A stretch of 61,321 nt of DNA, counting the filler. It is 5 parts of 5 records of this genome, joined end to end, with 100 filler letters (N's around TTAATTAATTAA, not from the genome) between each part and the next. Parts side by side here need not be neighbours in the genome. Positions count along the whole stretch, not along the records: positions 1 to 5,942 come from DRR723986_17757; positions 6,043 to 17,541 come from DRR723986_17761; 3 more parts are not named here. One strand, 5' to 3'. The number at the start of each line of letters is the position of its first letter. The stretch's first letter is position 1. This document shows positions 1-9,025 of this stretch, one piece after another. The position numbers were made by a program, and so were the translations under genes. Under the pieces are notes generated by a model, which was not told the DNA's origin, ran no database searches, and saw only the letters and a list, made by a program, of their open reading frames with translations.

Positions 1-372
1 GGTCGAGCGCAGCAGCGTCGCGTAGTGGCCCGACATGGGCGCGACCAGCAGAACCTTGCGACCTGTCGGTGCCCGGCCCTGAACCTTGAAACGGATCAGG
101 TCGCCAAAGGCCCGTGGCATCACGGTCTGGATTTCCACCAGGTGGTCGCGGCCATCGGTGCCGGGGATGGAATGGATGTTCCAGTCCGGCTTGGCGATCA
201 TTCGCTCGAAGCTGCGTTCCATGACCTCGCCCCATGCGGCGGTCAGTTTGATCATCGGATTCGGGATCAACCCAAGCTGGGGATATCCGCACATCGCGCG
301 TGCGGTGGATCCGAGCCACTGGTTGGTCACACGGATCGATTCCATCATGTCGTAGGTAAGAAGATGTTTCAT
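1..372 (-). CDS. phaZ: Intracellular PHA depolymerase, 5' part (runs off the window start)
   Basis: Not in the ORF track. Read by hand from ATG at 372: MKHLLTYDMMESIRVTNQWLGSTARAM..., resembling Rhodobacteraceae PhaZ N-termini; divergent from phaC as in the usual phaZ-phaC-phaP-phaR cluster. Confidence 0.85.
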   Translation of the reverse strand, partial: MKHLLTYDMMESIRVTNQWLGSTARAMCGYPQLGLIPNPMIKLTAAWGEVMERSFERMIAKPDWNIHSIPGTDGRDHLVEIQTVMPRAFGDLIRFKVQGRAPTGRKVLLVAPMSGHYATLLRST

Positions 373-499
373 CGCGCTGTGACTCCTGCAAAACTGGACA
401 ATGACCGGTTCAATCAGACCCGGATCATTTCGTCGCTTTGCCCCCTCACCCTGGCAAGGCTTATATGCACATGCAGCATTGAGAGGGCAAAATCAAGTC

Positions 500-2314
500 A
501 TGGCACAGCACACGGACGGAGGAGACGGCGACATGGGGGAAAATCTTGATCGCCTCAACGCGAACTTCGCGAAGATGGAGGAGCTGTCGAAACGGATGGT
601 GGCCGCCCTCGGACAGAAAGACCTGACGACCGATGCCGGAATGTCCGGGCCCGGGCAGGAGCTTTACGTGAAGGCCGGTTCGGCCCTGTTCAACGAGATG
701 CTGTCCAACCCGACCAAGCTGATGGGCCAGCAGGTGGCCTATTGGTCGAAGGCGGTGGAAAACTTCATCGAGACGCAGCAGGCGCTTGCAGCGGGTCAGT
801 TCGAGATGTCCGAAGAGGACGGGGATGCGCCGAAGGACAAACGCTTTGCCAACCCGATGTGGCGCACCCACCCCTATTTCCGATTCGTCCGCAAGCAATA
901 CGAGCTGAACTCGGATGCCATCGCCCAATCCATGGCAGAGCTGGAGGGGCTGTCGCCCCAGGAAAAGAGCCGGGTGGAGTTCTTCTCTCGCCAGATCATC
1001 GACCTGTTTGCCCCCACCAACTACCTCGCCACCAATCCCGACGCGCTGCAAAAGGCCATCGACACGGACGGGCAGAGCCTGGTGGACGGGCTGGAAAACC
1101 TTGTGCGTGACATCGAGGCTAACAAGGGCGAGTTGCTGCCGACCCTGTCTGACCCAAATGCCTTCAAGGTGGGTGAGAACATCGGTACCGCCGAGGGCAA
1201 GGTCGTCTTCCGCAACCGGATGATGGAACTGATCCAATACGCGCCCAAAACCGAGACGGTCCACCGTACCCCGCTGGTGATCTTCCCGCCCTGGATCAAC
1301 AAATTCTACATCATGGACCTGAAGCCGCAGAATTCCCTGATCCGCTGGATCGTGGAACAAGGCTATACCCTGTTCGTGGTCAGCTGGATCAACCCTGATG
1401 CCAGCTATGCCGAGGTCGGGCTGGAGGACTATATCGAGGAGGGGTATCTGCAAGCCGTCGAAGTCGCCAAGGACATCACCGGCGAAAAGCAGGTCAATGC
1501 CGTGGGCTATTGCATCGCGGGCACCACCCTGTCGGCCACTTTGGCGCTGCTGCAAAAACGCGGCGACAAATCGATCAAATCGGCAACCTTCTTTACCACG
1601 CTCACCGATTTCAGCGATCAGGGTGAATTCACGGTCTTTCTTCAGGATGATTTTGTCGAAGCCATTGAGCGTCAGGTTACCGAAAAGGGTATTCTGGACA
1701 GCTTCTTCATGTCCAAGACCATGAGTTTCCTGCGCTCGAATGATCTGGTCTACGGTCCTGCTGTTCGCAGCTACATGATGGGGGAAGCGCCGCCCGCCTT
1801 CGACCTGCTCTACTGGAACGGTGACAGCACCAACCTGCCGGGGCGGATGGTCAAACAATATCTGCGCCACCTGTGTCAGGCCAACGAACTGGCGGATGGT
1901 GGCTTCAAGATTCTCGGTGAGACGGTCAGCATTCGCGACATCAAGCTGCCGGTCTGTTCGATCGGCACAAAGACCGACCATATCGCGCCGTGGAAGAATT
2001 GTTATGCCGGGTTCGAACAGTTCGGCAGCCGGGACAAGACCTTCATCATGTCCGAATCGGGCCATATCGCAGGGATCATCAACCCGCCCTCCAAGAAGAA
2101 GTACGGCCACTTCCTGAACCCGAAGGTCAAAGGCACCGCCGATGAATGGCTGGAAGGCGCCGAGTTCCACGAAGGATCGTGGTGGCCTGTCTGGGAAGAA
2201 TGGCTTGGACGCCGGTCCGGCGCGCAGGTTTCGGCCCGCGAACCGGGTGAGTCGGGCTTTGAAATCCTGGGGGATGCGCCCGGAACCTATGTTTTGATCT
2301 CGACAAAGGGCTGA
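500..2314 (+). CDS. phaC: Class I poly(3-hydroxyalkanoate) synthase
   Basis: Motifs PPWINKFYIMDL, lipase-like box GYCIAG, DHIAPW and SGHIAG (Cys-Asp-His triad). ATG 500, downstream of GAGAGG, preferred over the ORF-track start at 401. Confidence 0.97.
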   Translation: MAQHTDGGDGDMGENLDRLNANFAKMEELSKRMVAALGQKDLTTDAGMSGPGQELYVKAGSALFNEMLSNPTKLMGQQVAYWSKAVENFIETQQALAAGQFEMSEEDGDAPKDKRFANPMWRTHPYFRFVRKQYELNSDAIAQSMAELEGLSPQEKSRVEFFSRQIIDLFAPTNYLATNPDALQKAIDTDGQSLVDGLENLVRDIEANKGELLPTLSDPNAFKVGENIGTAEGKVVFRNRMMELIQYAPKTETVHRTPLVIFPPWINKFYIMDLKPQNSLIRWIVEQGYTLFVVSWINPDASYAEVGLEDYIEEGYLQAVEVAKDITGEKQVNAVGYCIAGTTLSATLALLQKRGDKSIKSATFFTTLTDFSDQGEFTVFLQDDFVEAIERQVTEKGILDSFFMSKTMSFLRSNDLVYGPAVRSYMMGEAPPAFDLLYWNGDSTNLPGRMVKQYLRHLCQANELADGGFKILGETVSIRDIKLPVCSIGTKTDHIAPWKNCYAGFEQFGSRDKTFIMSESGHIAGIINPPSKKKYGHFLNPKVKGTADEWLEGAEFHEGSWWPVWEEWLGRRSGAQVSAREPGESGFEILGDAPGTYVLISTKG

Positions 2315-2336
2315 TTTTCAAGGGGTTTGTGAATTT

Positions 2337-2380
2337 TTTGCTGCACCGCAGAAAAAGACTTGATTTGCTGCACCGCAGCA
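2337..2380. promoter_or_regulatory. Two tandem PhaR-type operators upstream of phaP
   Basis: Direct repeat TTTGCTGCACCGCAG at 2337-2351 and 2364-2378; each contains the dyad CTGC-N3-GCAG known for Rhodobacteraceae PhaR sites. Confidence 0.75.
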
Positions 2381-2450
2381 TGCATATTCTTTCGCAGACG
2401 CAGAATTCAAACCCTAACGTCCCAATGAGGGACAAACAGGAGATAGACAG

Positions 2451-2894
2451 ATGGCCAAGACCAACGATTTCACCAAGTACATCAACGAAGCAATGGCTGC
2501 TTTCCCCGTTGACATGTCCGCCTACAACGACGCCTTCAAGACCTCTGCCGCAATGGGCGAGAAGTTCTCCAAGGTTGCTCTGGAAGCCGCTGAAAAGTCG
2601 ACCGAGATCTCGACCCAGTGGACCAAGGACACCCTGACCAAGCTGGGCGACGTGACCGCAGTCAAAGACGAGCCGACCGCCTACACCAAAGCCATGACCG
2701 ACTTCGCGTCCGCTCAGGCCGAAATGACCGCCGAGACCCTGGCCGCTTTCGCCGAGATCGCGAAGAAAGTTCAGATGGAAACCGTCGAGCTGATGATGGC
2801 CGCCGGCAAGGAAGCTTCCGAAGAAGCAACCGCAGCCGTCAAGAAAGCCACCGCCGAGGTGACCACTGCTGCCAAGAAAGCTGCTGCTGCCTAA
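2451..2894 (+). CDS. phaP: Phasin (PHA granule-associated protein)
   Basis: 147 aa, Ala/Lys/Thr-rich, strong RBS (CAGGAG), located between phaC and phaR. Confidence 0.92.
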   Translation: MAKTNDFTKYINEAMAAFPVDMSAYNDAFKTSAAMGEKFSKVALEAAEKSTEISTQWTKDTLTKLGDVTAVKDEPTAYTKAMTDFASAQAEMTAETLAAFAEIAKKVQMETVELMMAAGKEASEEATAAVKKATAEVTTAAKKAAAA

Positions 2895-2950
2895 AGCGCC
2901 AGACAGCCCGATCTTCGCCCGGATTTCCTCCCACTCCGCGCGAAAATCAG

Positions 2951-2987
2951 AGGACGGACCCGCGCACCGGGCCCGTCCTTTTCTTTT
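2951..2987 (+). terminator. Rho-independent terminator after phaP
   Basis: AGGACGGACCCG-cgcac-CGGGCCCGTCCT hairpin followed by TTTCTTTT. Confidence 0.8.
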
Positions 2988-3036
2988 GTGTCGTCAGGTG
3001 ATTGCTTTTTGTGCGCAAAGGTCTAGGCTCTCCATG

Positions 3037-3047
3037 CTGCGATGCAG
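3037..3047. promoter_or_regulatory. PhaR-type operator upstream of phaR (autoregulation)
   Basis: CTGC-GAT-GCAG about 23 nt before the phaR ATG. Confidence 0.65.
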
Positions 3048-3070
3048 TGTAAGAGATAAGGGAGGTGGCT

Positions 3071-3625
3071 ATGGCTGAGACCAATGCACCGTTGCTGATC
3101 AAGCGCTATGCCAGCCGCAGGCTCTACAATACCGAGACGTCGGATTATGTGACGCTTGAAGATATTGCGGGTTTCATTCGTGAAGGCCGCGAGGTGAAGA
3201 TCGTAGATCTGAAATCGGGGGACGATCTGACCCGGCAGTATCTGCTTCAGATCATTGCCGAACATGAAAGCCGCGGGGAAAGCGTACTGCCGATAGGGGT
3301 GCTGACAGATCTGGTGCGCAGCTACACCACGCAGGCGCACAGCGTAGTGCCGGAGTTTCTGGCAATGTCGTTCGATATGCTGCGGGACGGTCAGTCGAAG
3401 ATGGTCGAGAACATGACGGTGCTGAACCCGCTGGCCAGCATGCCGGGGTTCGAGGCAATGCGTGCGCAGCAAGAGGCCTTCATGAAGGCGATGACTGGTG
3501 GCATTTCGGGGCAGTGGTCCGGGCCATCAGCCTCGGATGATGCGGGCAGCGACGATGCGGGTGACGAACTGTCCGAGATCAAGAAACAACTGGCAGAGCT
3601 TCAGTCGAAACTGTCCAGGCTATAG
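3071..3625 (+). CDS. phaR: PHA synthesis repressor PhaR
   Basis: N-terminal signature LIKRYASRRLYNTETSDYVTLEDI; GGAGG RBS at 3061-3065 favours ATG 3071. Confidence 0.95.
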   Translation: MAETNAPLLIKRYASRRLYNTETSDYVTLEDIAGFIREGREVKIVDLKSGDDLTRQYLLQIIAEHESRGESVLPIGVLTDLVRSYTTQAHSVVPEFLAMSFDMLRDGQSKMVENMTVLNPLASMPGFEAMRAQQEAFMKAMTGGISGQWSGPSASDDAGSDDAGDELSEIKKQLAELQSKLSRL

Positions 3626-3633
3626 GTGCGCTT

Positions 3634-3728
3634 TCCAAGGATTTTGAAACAAAATCCTTGGAGCGTGTGCAATATTATTGTCCCAATAATATTGAAGTGC
3701 AGCCAAAACTCTTGATCAAGAGTTTTGG
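3634..3728. repeat. Three consecutive inverted repeats built from a CAA-N5-TTG unit (REP-like)
   Basis: TCCAAGGATTTTG-aaa-CAAAATCCTTGGA (3634-3662), CAATATTATTG-tcc-CAATAATATTG (3670-3694) and the perfect palindrome CCAAAACTCTTGATCAAGAGTTTTGG (3703-3728), between convergent genes. Confidence 0.8.
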
Positions 3729-4952
3729 TTACGTGCCATATGCCCGGGTCTGTGCCTTTACGTTCTCTGAGGCGGCCAAAAGGGCAGATGCTATGAAATC
3801 CAGATCTTCTGTTTGCAACCGCGCGGGCAGACGAACATCGCAGGCGCGCATCAGCATGGCCCGGGTCCGGGGCAGATCGGGCTGATCGCCGGGAATGAAC
3901 TGCCAGTTCCAGAAAGCGCGGGCATTGTCGGTAGACAGGCCGAAGATCTGTACCTTGACCCCACGGGCGGCCGCCGCATCGGCAAATGCGCGTGCTTCGG
4001 CGTCATCAGTGAACGCGACAAGGTTGAACTGGATCGAGTCCGGTGCCCGCTCTTCAGCAGCGAGGGCAGGCGGCACGTACAGAAATGGCGAGCGATTCAG
4101 CAACCCGGCCACGTAGTCGTGATTGCGTCGTCCATCACGGACGCGGCGGGCCACTTCCGGCAGTTGCGCGCGGACGATGGCGGCCGACAGGTTAGACAGG
4201 CGCAGATTGTAAAGCGGCAGTCTGTTCTGCCAGCGCGAGAAGGCCTCTGCGAGTTCCCCGGTGTTGTCGCCCTCAGGCGTCTTGTGCTTGGCCCAATTGT
4301 GTTCATATGCGCCAGACATGATTACCGCGCGGGCCACGAGATCAGCATCGTCGGTGATCAGGATGCCGCCTTCACCGGAATTGACCAGCTTGTAGGACTG
4401 GAAGCTGAAACAGCCGACCCGACCTATGGTGCCGATCTTGCGCCCGTGCCAGGTGGTGCCGAGCGAATGGGCCGCATCCTCGATCACCGGCACGCCCGCC
4501 GCATCGCACAGCGCCATGATCGCGTCCATATCAGAGGTGTGGCCGCGCATGTGGCTGATGATGACCGCGCCAATATCGTCGGTCAGCTTGGCTTTGAAAT
4601 CCTCGATATCCACGCGGTAGTTTTCGCCCACCTCCACCAGCACCGGCTGACAATTGGCATGAACCACAGCAGAGGGGACAGCGGCGAAGGTGAATGCCGG
4701 GATCAGCACGCTGGTGCCGGGTTTCAGCCCCAGCCCCAACAGCGACAGGAACAGCGCGGCGGAGCAGGACGATACCGCCAGTGCGTATTTCACGCCCATC
4801 ATGTCCGCGAATTCGCGCTCCAGCAGACTGACCGGCGCATCCTCGGGCGCGGTGTAGCGGAACAGATCGCCAGAGCTGAGAAGCCGCTCAACTTCTGCGC
4901 GTGCGCTTTCGGGGATCGGTTCGGCGTCATAGACATTGGGGGCGAGCGCCAT
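3729..4952 (-). CDS. DegT/DnrJ/EryC1/StrS-family PLP-dependent aminotransferase
   Basis: IEDAAHSLG and FSFQSYKLVNSGEGG (PLP lysine) motifs. Confidence 0.88.
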   Translation of the reverse strand: MALAPNVYDAEPIPESARAEVERLLSSGDLFRYTAPEDAPVSLLEREFADMMGVKYALAVSSCSAALFLSLLGLGLKPGTSVLIPAFTFAAVPSAVVHANCQPVLVEVGENYRVDIEDFKAKLTDDIGAVIISHMRGHTSDMDAIMALCDAAGVPVIEDAAHSLGTTWHGRKIGTIGRVGCFSFQSYKLVNSGEGGILITDDADLVARAVIMSGAYEHNWAKHKTPEGDNTGELAEAFSRWQNRLPLYNLRLSNLSAAIVRAQLPEVARRVRDGRRNHDYVAGLLNRSPFLYVPPALAAEERAPDSIQFNLVAFTDDAEARAFADAAAARGVKVQIFGLSTDNARAFWNWQFIPGDQPDLPRTRAMLMRACDVRLPARLQTEDLDFIASALLAASENVKAQTRAYGT

Positions 4953-5061
4953 GATTTCACCTTTTCGAAAATCTATATTTCGATTTTCTTTACATCGGAA
5001 ACGTAACGGATCAAAGACAGAAGCCGCATCGGGGGCGGAATTTCGCGATTAATTGTGTCAG

Positions 5062-5742
5062 TCAGCCCCGATTGCGCAGGAAATGCTCAGCGATTTGCCG
5101 GCCTATCACCGTGCCATCCGTGGGCAGGTGCAGCGCCGCCTCTGCCTGATCCAGCAAAGTGTCGGGCACTTTTCCATTCTTCAGCGTGCGCGCAAAATAC
5201 CCGGTAGTGACCGTGTCGAATTCCGGGTGGGGTTGGAAGGTCAGCACGGTTTCACCATAGGCGAGCACCGCGTTCTCGCAAAAGGAGGAGTGCCCCAATC
5301 GGCGCGCCTCGGGGGGCAGGGCGGTCACATGGTCCTGATGCCATGCATTGAGCGGCACGTCGCGGCCCTCGATCTGATAGACATGGCGACCGACGCACCA
5401 GCCGCCCGCGAACTTCTCGACCTTCCCGCCAAGTGCCTGGGCGATGATCTGGTGACCAAAGCAGATGCCGACAAGTGGCTTGCCGCTGGCATGAATTGCC
5501 CGGATTGTGGTCTCCAGCGGCGGGATCCACGGGTGATCTTCGTAGGCCCCGGCGGTCGAGCCGGTAACCAGCCAGCCATCGGCATCTTCGGGGCTGTCGG
5601 GAAACGCCATTTCTTCGACAGTCCAGGCCCGGTAGCTGAACCCATGACCGTCCAGCAAGCGTTCGAACAGCCCCTGATAGGGGCCGAGTGCGGCCTGCGT
5701 CGGGACGTCGAATTCCTCGGCCAGCAGAATGCCGATCCGCAT
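5062..5742 (-). CDS. Type 1 glutamine amidotransferase-like protein
   Basis: GICFGHQ nucleophile elbow and QPHPEF His-Glu motif. Confidence 0.88.
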   Translation of the reverse strand: MRIGILLAEEFDVPTQAALGPYQGLFERLLDGHGFSYRAWTVEEMAFPDSPEDADGWLVTGSTAGAYEDHPWIPPLETTIRAIHASGKPLVGICFGHQIIAQALGGKVEKFAGGWCVGRHVYQIEGRDVPLNAWHQDHVTALPPEARRLGHSSFCENAVLAYGETVLTFQPHPEFDTVTTGYFARTLKNGKVPDTLLDQAEAALHLPTDGTVIGRQIAEHFLRNRG

Positions 5743-5747
5743 CGTGT

Positions 5748-5942
5748 CTACCGGATCAGGTTGGGCCGATACCGCACACGGGCGCGGCCTTCGGCCGGCA
5801 GGTGACGGTTCAGGCGGCGGTTGATCAGGCCGAACACGGTGATCACGATCAGGGTCAGTATGATGAAGAAGATGGCCACGATCGGATAGGGGATGAAGGG
5901 ATTGAAGGTCCGGTCCGCAAAATAGCTGGCATAATAGAGCGC
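5748..5942 (-). CDS. Amino-acid ABC transporter permease, 3' end only
   Basis: Read by hand: ALYYASYFADRTFNPFIPYPIVAIFFIILTLIVITVFGLINRRLNRHL...RPNLIR*; hydrophobic helix plus basic tail, cut by the spacer. Confidence 0.7.
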   Translation of the reverse strand, partial: ALYYASYFADRTFNPFIPYPIVAIFFIILTLIVITVFGLINRRLNRHLPAEGRARVRYRPNLIR

Positions 5943-6042
5943 NNNNNNNNNNNNNNNNNNNNNNNNNNNNNNNNNNNNNNNNNNNNTTAATTAATTAANN
6001 NNNNNNNNNNNNNNNNNNNNNNNNNNNNNNNNNNNNNNNNNN
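5943..6042. other. Artificial contig spacer
   Basis: 100 nt: N-run, TTAATTAATTAA (stops in all six frames), N-run. Confidence 0.98.
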
Positions 6043-6093
6043 CCCCGTCCTGCGGACTCCCCCGGAGTATTTGATTGCCAAAAAGGTAGGGGG

Positions 6094-6915
6094 TTAGCGG
6101 CGCGTGCGGGCCATGTCGGGCAGGGCGATATTGGCGACCTGTTCTGCGATGGGGTCCGTGCTGAGCGGGTGTTGTTCTGGCATGAAGGTGTCGGGATCAC
6201 GCATCTTTTGCCAGCGTCCGCCGATGTAGACCTCCAAGCCGGAGAACTTGGCCTTATAGCCCATCTTGGGGCTGCCCGGCACCCAATAGCCCAGGTAGAC
6301 GTAGGGCAGGCCTGCGGTGCGGGCGATCTCGATATGGTCAAGGATGATGTGGTTGCCCAGCCCGTCGCGGGGGCGGTCGGGGGTGTAGAAGGAATAGACC
6401 ATGCTGACCCCGTCGCCCAACACGTCGGTCAGGCAGACGCCGACCAGATCGCCAGTGTCTTGATCCACATATTCAATCACCCGGCTGCGGATCGGGGTTT
6501 CCTCGATCATGGCGGCAAATTCGAAGACATCCATATCTGCCATTCCGCCATCCGCATGGCGGCTGTCGAGGTAGCGGCGGAAGAGGTCGTATTGGTCTTC
6601 GGTGGCCCAGGGCGAGGTGGCCCGGCGCATCAGGCCTTTGTTGCGTTTGGTGATGCGTCTTTGGCTTTTGCTGGGTGTGAAGGCGGAGACGTCGATCCGT
6701 GCGGACAGGCAAGAGGCGCAATCGGCGCAGGATGGTCGATAAAGCACATTCTGTGACCGGCGAAACCCTTGCGCAGACAGGCTATCGTTCAGCTCGGTTG
6801 CTGCCTCGCCTTGCAGGGCGGTGAACAGCTTACGCTCCATCCGGTCTTCAAGATAGGGACAGGGCTGCGGCGCAGTTACATAGAACTGCGGAGTGAGCGG
6901 CAGAGAGTGGCGCAT
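6094..6915 (-). CDS. bpt: Arginyl-tRNA-protein transferase-like aminoacyltransferase (Bpt/ATE family, N-degron pathway)
   Basis: [27 protein letters not shown] and [20 protein letters not shown] motifs. Confidence 0.9.
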   Translation of the reverse strand: MRHSLPLTPQFYVTAPQPCPYLEDRMERKLFTALQGEAATELNDSLSAQGFRRSQNVLYRPSCADCASCLSARIDVSAFTPSKSQRRITKRNKGLMRRATSPWATEDQYDLFRRYLDSRHADGGMADMDVFEFAAMIEETPIRSRVIEYVDQDTGDLVGVCLTDVLGDGVSMVYSFYTPDRPRDGLGNHIILDHIEIARTAGLPYVYLGYWVPGSPKMGYKAKFSGLEVYIGGRWQKMRDPDTFMPEQHPLSTDPIAEQVANIALPDMARTRR

Positions 6916-6994
6916 GAGACATCCGATTGTTGCGAAGGGATGATAACAACCGGTCTCCCATGCGCCAAGACACGTTTTAATAAAATGCGATCAA

Positions 6995-7420
6995 TCAGCG
7001 GCGGCGGTTCATCGGCACGGTGCCCAGCACCATATCGGTGAGGCCCTGCGCGCGGGCTGTGGTGCAGATCAGAACAATCGAGATCAGCTGCACCACCGCA
7101 AAGGCGATCGAGATGCTGTAGCCCAGCGTATGCAGGAAAGCGGTGCCCAGATCGAGCGCCTCATCATCGCGGGTGCGGATTTCCATCGACATCAGCCGCA
7201 TCCCCCAGGTGGCAGAGCCATTGGCCAGTGTGATCACCCGATAAGCAAAGCCCGTGACCAGCATCAGCAGCGGAAAGAAAAACAGGCCGGTAAAGGCGGT
7301 GAACGGCACGATCACCAGGCACAGGACAAAGATCAGGGCTGCGTCAATGAGCCATGCAAACAACCGCTTGGCCGGGATGCCTTCGTAGAATTGGGGATGC
7401 AGATCTGGGTCTGGGGTCAT
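6995..7420 (-). CDS. RDD family membrane protein
   Basis: KRLFAWLID, ATWGMRLM and QGLTDMVLGT motifs; several hydrophobic segments. Confidence 0.85.
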   Translation of the reverse strand: MTPDPDLHPQFYEGIPAKRLFAWLIDAALIFVLCLVIVPFTAFTGLFFFPLLMLVTGFAYRVITLANGSATWGMRLMSMEIRTRDDEALDLGTAFLHTLGYSISIAFAVVQLISIVLICTTARAQGLTDMVLGTVPMNRRR

Positions 7421-7483
7421 CTGTTTGGTTCCTTGGGAAAATGCCCCCCGGCAGGACCGGGAGGCGGGGGAGGCATGTGCGGA

Positions 7484-7897
7484 TCAGGCGTCTGCCGTGT
7501 CGTCCTTGGATTTTGCGCGGTCGTCCATAAACTGGTCGAACTCGGCCTTGTCCTTTGCTTCGCGCAGACGTTCCAGGAAGGCTTCGAAGTTGTTCTGCTC
7601 TTCTTCGAGGCGGCGCAGGGTATCGGCCTTGTAGGCGTCAAAGGCGCTGTTGCCGGTGCTGCGGGTGGACATCATGTGGCGGCTGCCACGGCGGGCGCAG
7701 GATTTTCCAGAAAACATGCGTTTACTCCAGATCATGTACATCAAAAGGGCAAGGCCAACGGGCCAGAAGAAGATAAAACCAAGGACCATGGCGGCGATCC
7801 AGGCGCCTTTGCCTTTGTCATCCAGCCAGGCTTCGGAGCGGGCGAACCAGCTTTGCCGCGGGGCGTAGGTTTGTTCGGAAGTGATCGTGGTCATCAA
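7484..7897 (-). CDS. DUF2852 family protein
   Basis: AWIAAMVLGFIFFWPVGL membrane segment and TGNSAFDAYKADTLRRLEEEQ...KDKAEFDQFM. Confidence 0.85.
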   Translation of the reverse strand: MMTTITSEQTYAPRQSWFARSEAWLDDKGKGAWIAAMVLGFIFFWPVGLALLMYMIWSKRMFSGKSCARRGSRHMMSTRSTGNSAFDAYKADTLRRLEEEQNNFEAFLERLREAKDKAEFDQFMDDRAKSKDDTADA

Positions 7898-7953
7898 ATA
7901 TGCCTTTCAGTTCGGGGTGAAGGCCGCCGGTGCGGCCCGTCTGCGAAAGGTCT

Positions 7954-8030
7954 ATGTGAATGCCTTTCACATTACATAGATTGGGGTTTATCCCGGCCGT
8001 TGCAAGGGTTTATGTGAAGGCTTTTTACAT
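7954..8030. promoter_or_regulatory. Two palindromic operator-like sites upstream of the DUF2852 gene
   Basis: ATGTGAA-N5-TTCACAT (7954-7972) and ATGTGAA-N5-TTTACAT (8012-8030). Confidence 0.6.
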
Positions 8031-8314
8031 TTATTTGGAAAATGGTGTAATTTCAGGTGGTTGCAATGCGCGAAAAACTGGTCCGTGGTTGCGGATGACA
8101 TGCATGATCCGGTCCCATCGCCGTCTGTAAGGTACCTTATGTACCCTTCGAGAGCCGCTCGAAGTTCATTTCTTTGGACGGGCAGGGATCTGGGCCTGAC
8201 AATATGCAGTTAATGTCTACTATGCGCATTTTGCTGCCGTTTCTGATGAACTGGTCTTGGACAGAGCAATCGCCTATTCTTGCCCTTAGATAATTTTGCA
8301 AATCGGACAAGAAG

Positions 8315-8815
8315 ATGAGCAACCGTGAATTTCGCAATGCTTCGCTCTTGGATGCACAACGCTGTTTTGATGTAGAGACATTGGCCTATGATGGCGATGA
8401 AGCGGCAACGCTGGAAAAGATAACCAAACGGATTGCGGAGTATCCAAAGGGGTTCTTGATCCTCGAAATCGAAAAAGAAATCGTTGGTTTCATAAACAGT
8501 GGGTGCGCCTATGACGTTGAAATGTCTGACGAAGACTTTAAGGAACTCATCGGACATGACCCAGAAGCCCCCAACGTAGTGATCATGTCAGTCGTGGTTG
8601 ATCCGGCATATCAAGGGCGCGGTTTGTCCACTGCACTGATGTCCGAATTCGTTCGGCGCATGGCGGAAGCCAAAAAGGAAACTATTCATCTCATGTGTAA
8701 AGAACACCATGTTTCCCTCTATGAGAAGTTTGGCTATCGCTACATCCAACCTTCAGCATCGGAGCACGGCGGAGTTCAGTGGCACGAAATGGTAATGGAG
8801 TTACCAAAAACCTGA
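8315..8815 (+). CDS. GNAT family N-acetyltransferase
   Basis: Acetyl-CoA motif A VVVDPAYQGRGL and LYEKFGY; visibly lower GC than the flanking genes. Confidence 0.9.
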   Translation: MSNREFRNASLLDAQRCFDVETLAYDGDEAATLEKITKRIAEYPKGFLILEIEKEIVGFINSGCAYDVEMSDEDFKELIGHDPEAPNVVIMSVVVDPAYQGRGLSTALMSEFVRRMAEAKKETIHLMCKEHHVSLYEKFGYRYIQPSASEHGGVQWHEMVMELPKT

Positions 8816-8818
8816 TGC

Positions 8819-8846
8819 GGCAGATTGGGCTCACGGCCGCCATCTG
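8819..8846 (+). repeat. ~29-bp imperfect palindromic repeat, copy after the GNAT gene
   Basis: GGCAGATT-GGGCTCACGGCCGCCATCTG matches 10440-10468 at 22 of 29 aligned positions (hand alignment). Confidence 0.6.
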
Positions 8847-9025
8847 ACCGAACTTGTCGGGCATTTGTGCGTAAACGCCTCCTGAAGTCGGCTATGCAAA
8901 CCTAGCCGCCATTGAAATAAGTGCGGCCAAAGGGGTTTGCCGTTCCCAAATATGGGCCATACATTGTACACTTGCTGCGCGGCCCTCCAATCGAGAGGGT
9001 ATTTGAAAAAGATATCGAGGGCTTT

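Noticed and set aside
461-2170. Long antisense and alternate-frame ORFs (e.g. 461-2170, 3813-5006, 11348-12595, 15240-16319, 21562-23190)
   Set aside because: Shadow ORFs of high-GC coding genes; no motifs, and each overlaps a well-supported gene.
5987-5998. TTAATTAATTAA recurring four times at roughly 10-kb intervals
   Set aside because: Always embedded in N-runs; a six-frame-stop assembly linker, not a biological repeat.
6043-6090. Possible REP-like element at the contig start (CCCCGTCCTGCGGACTCCCCCGGAGTATTT...)
   Set aside because: It resembles Rhodobacteraceae intergenic repeats as I remember them, but it is truncated and single-copy in this window.
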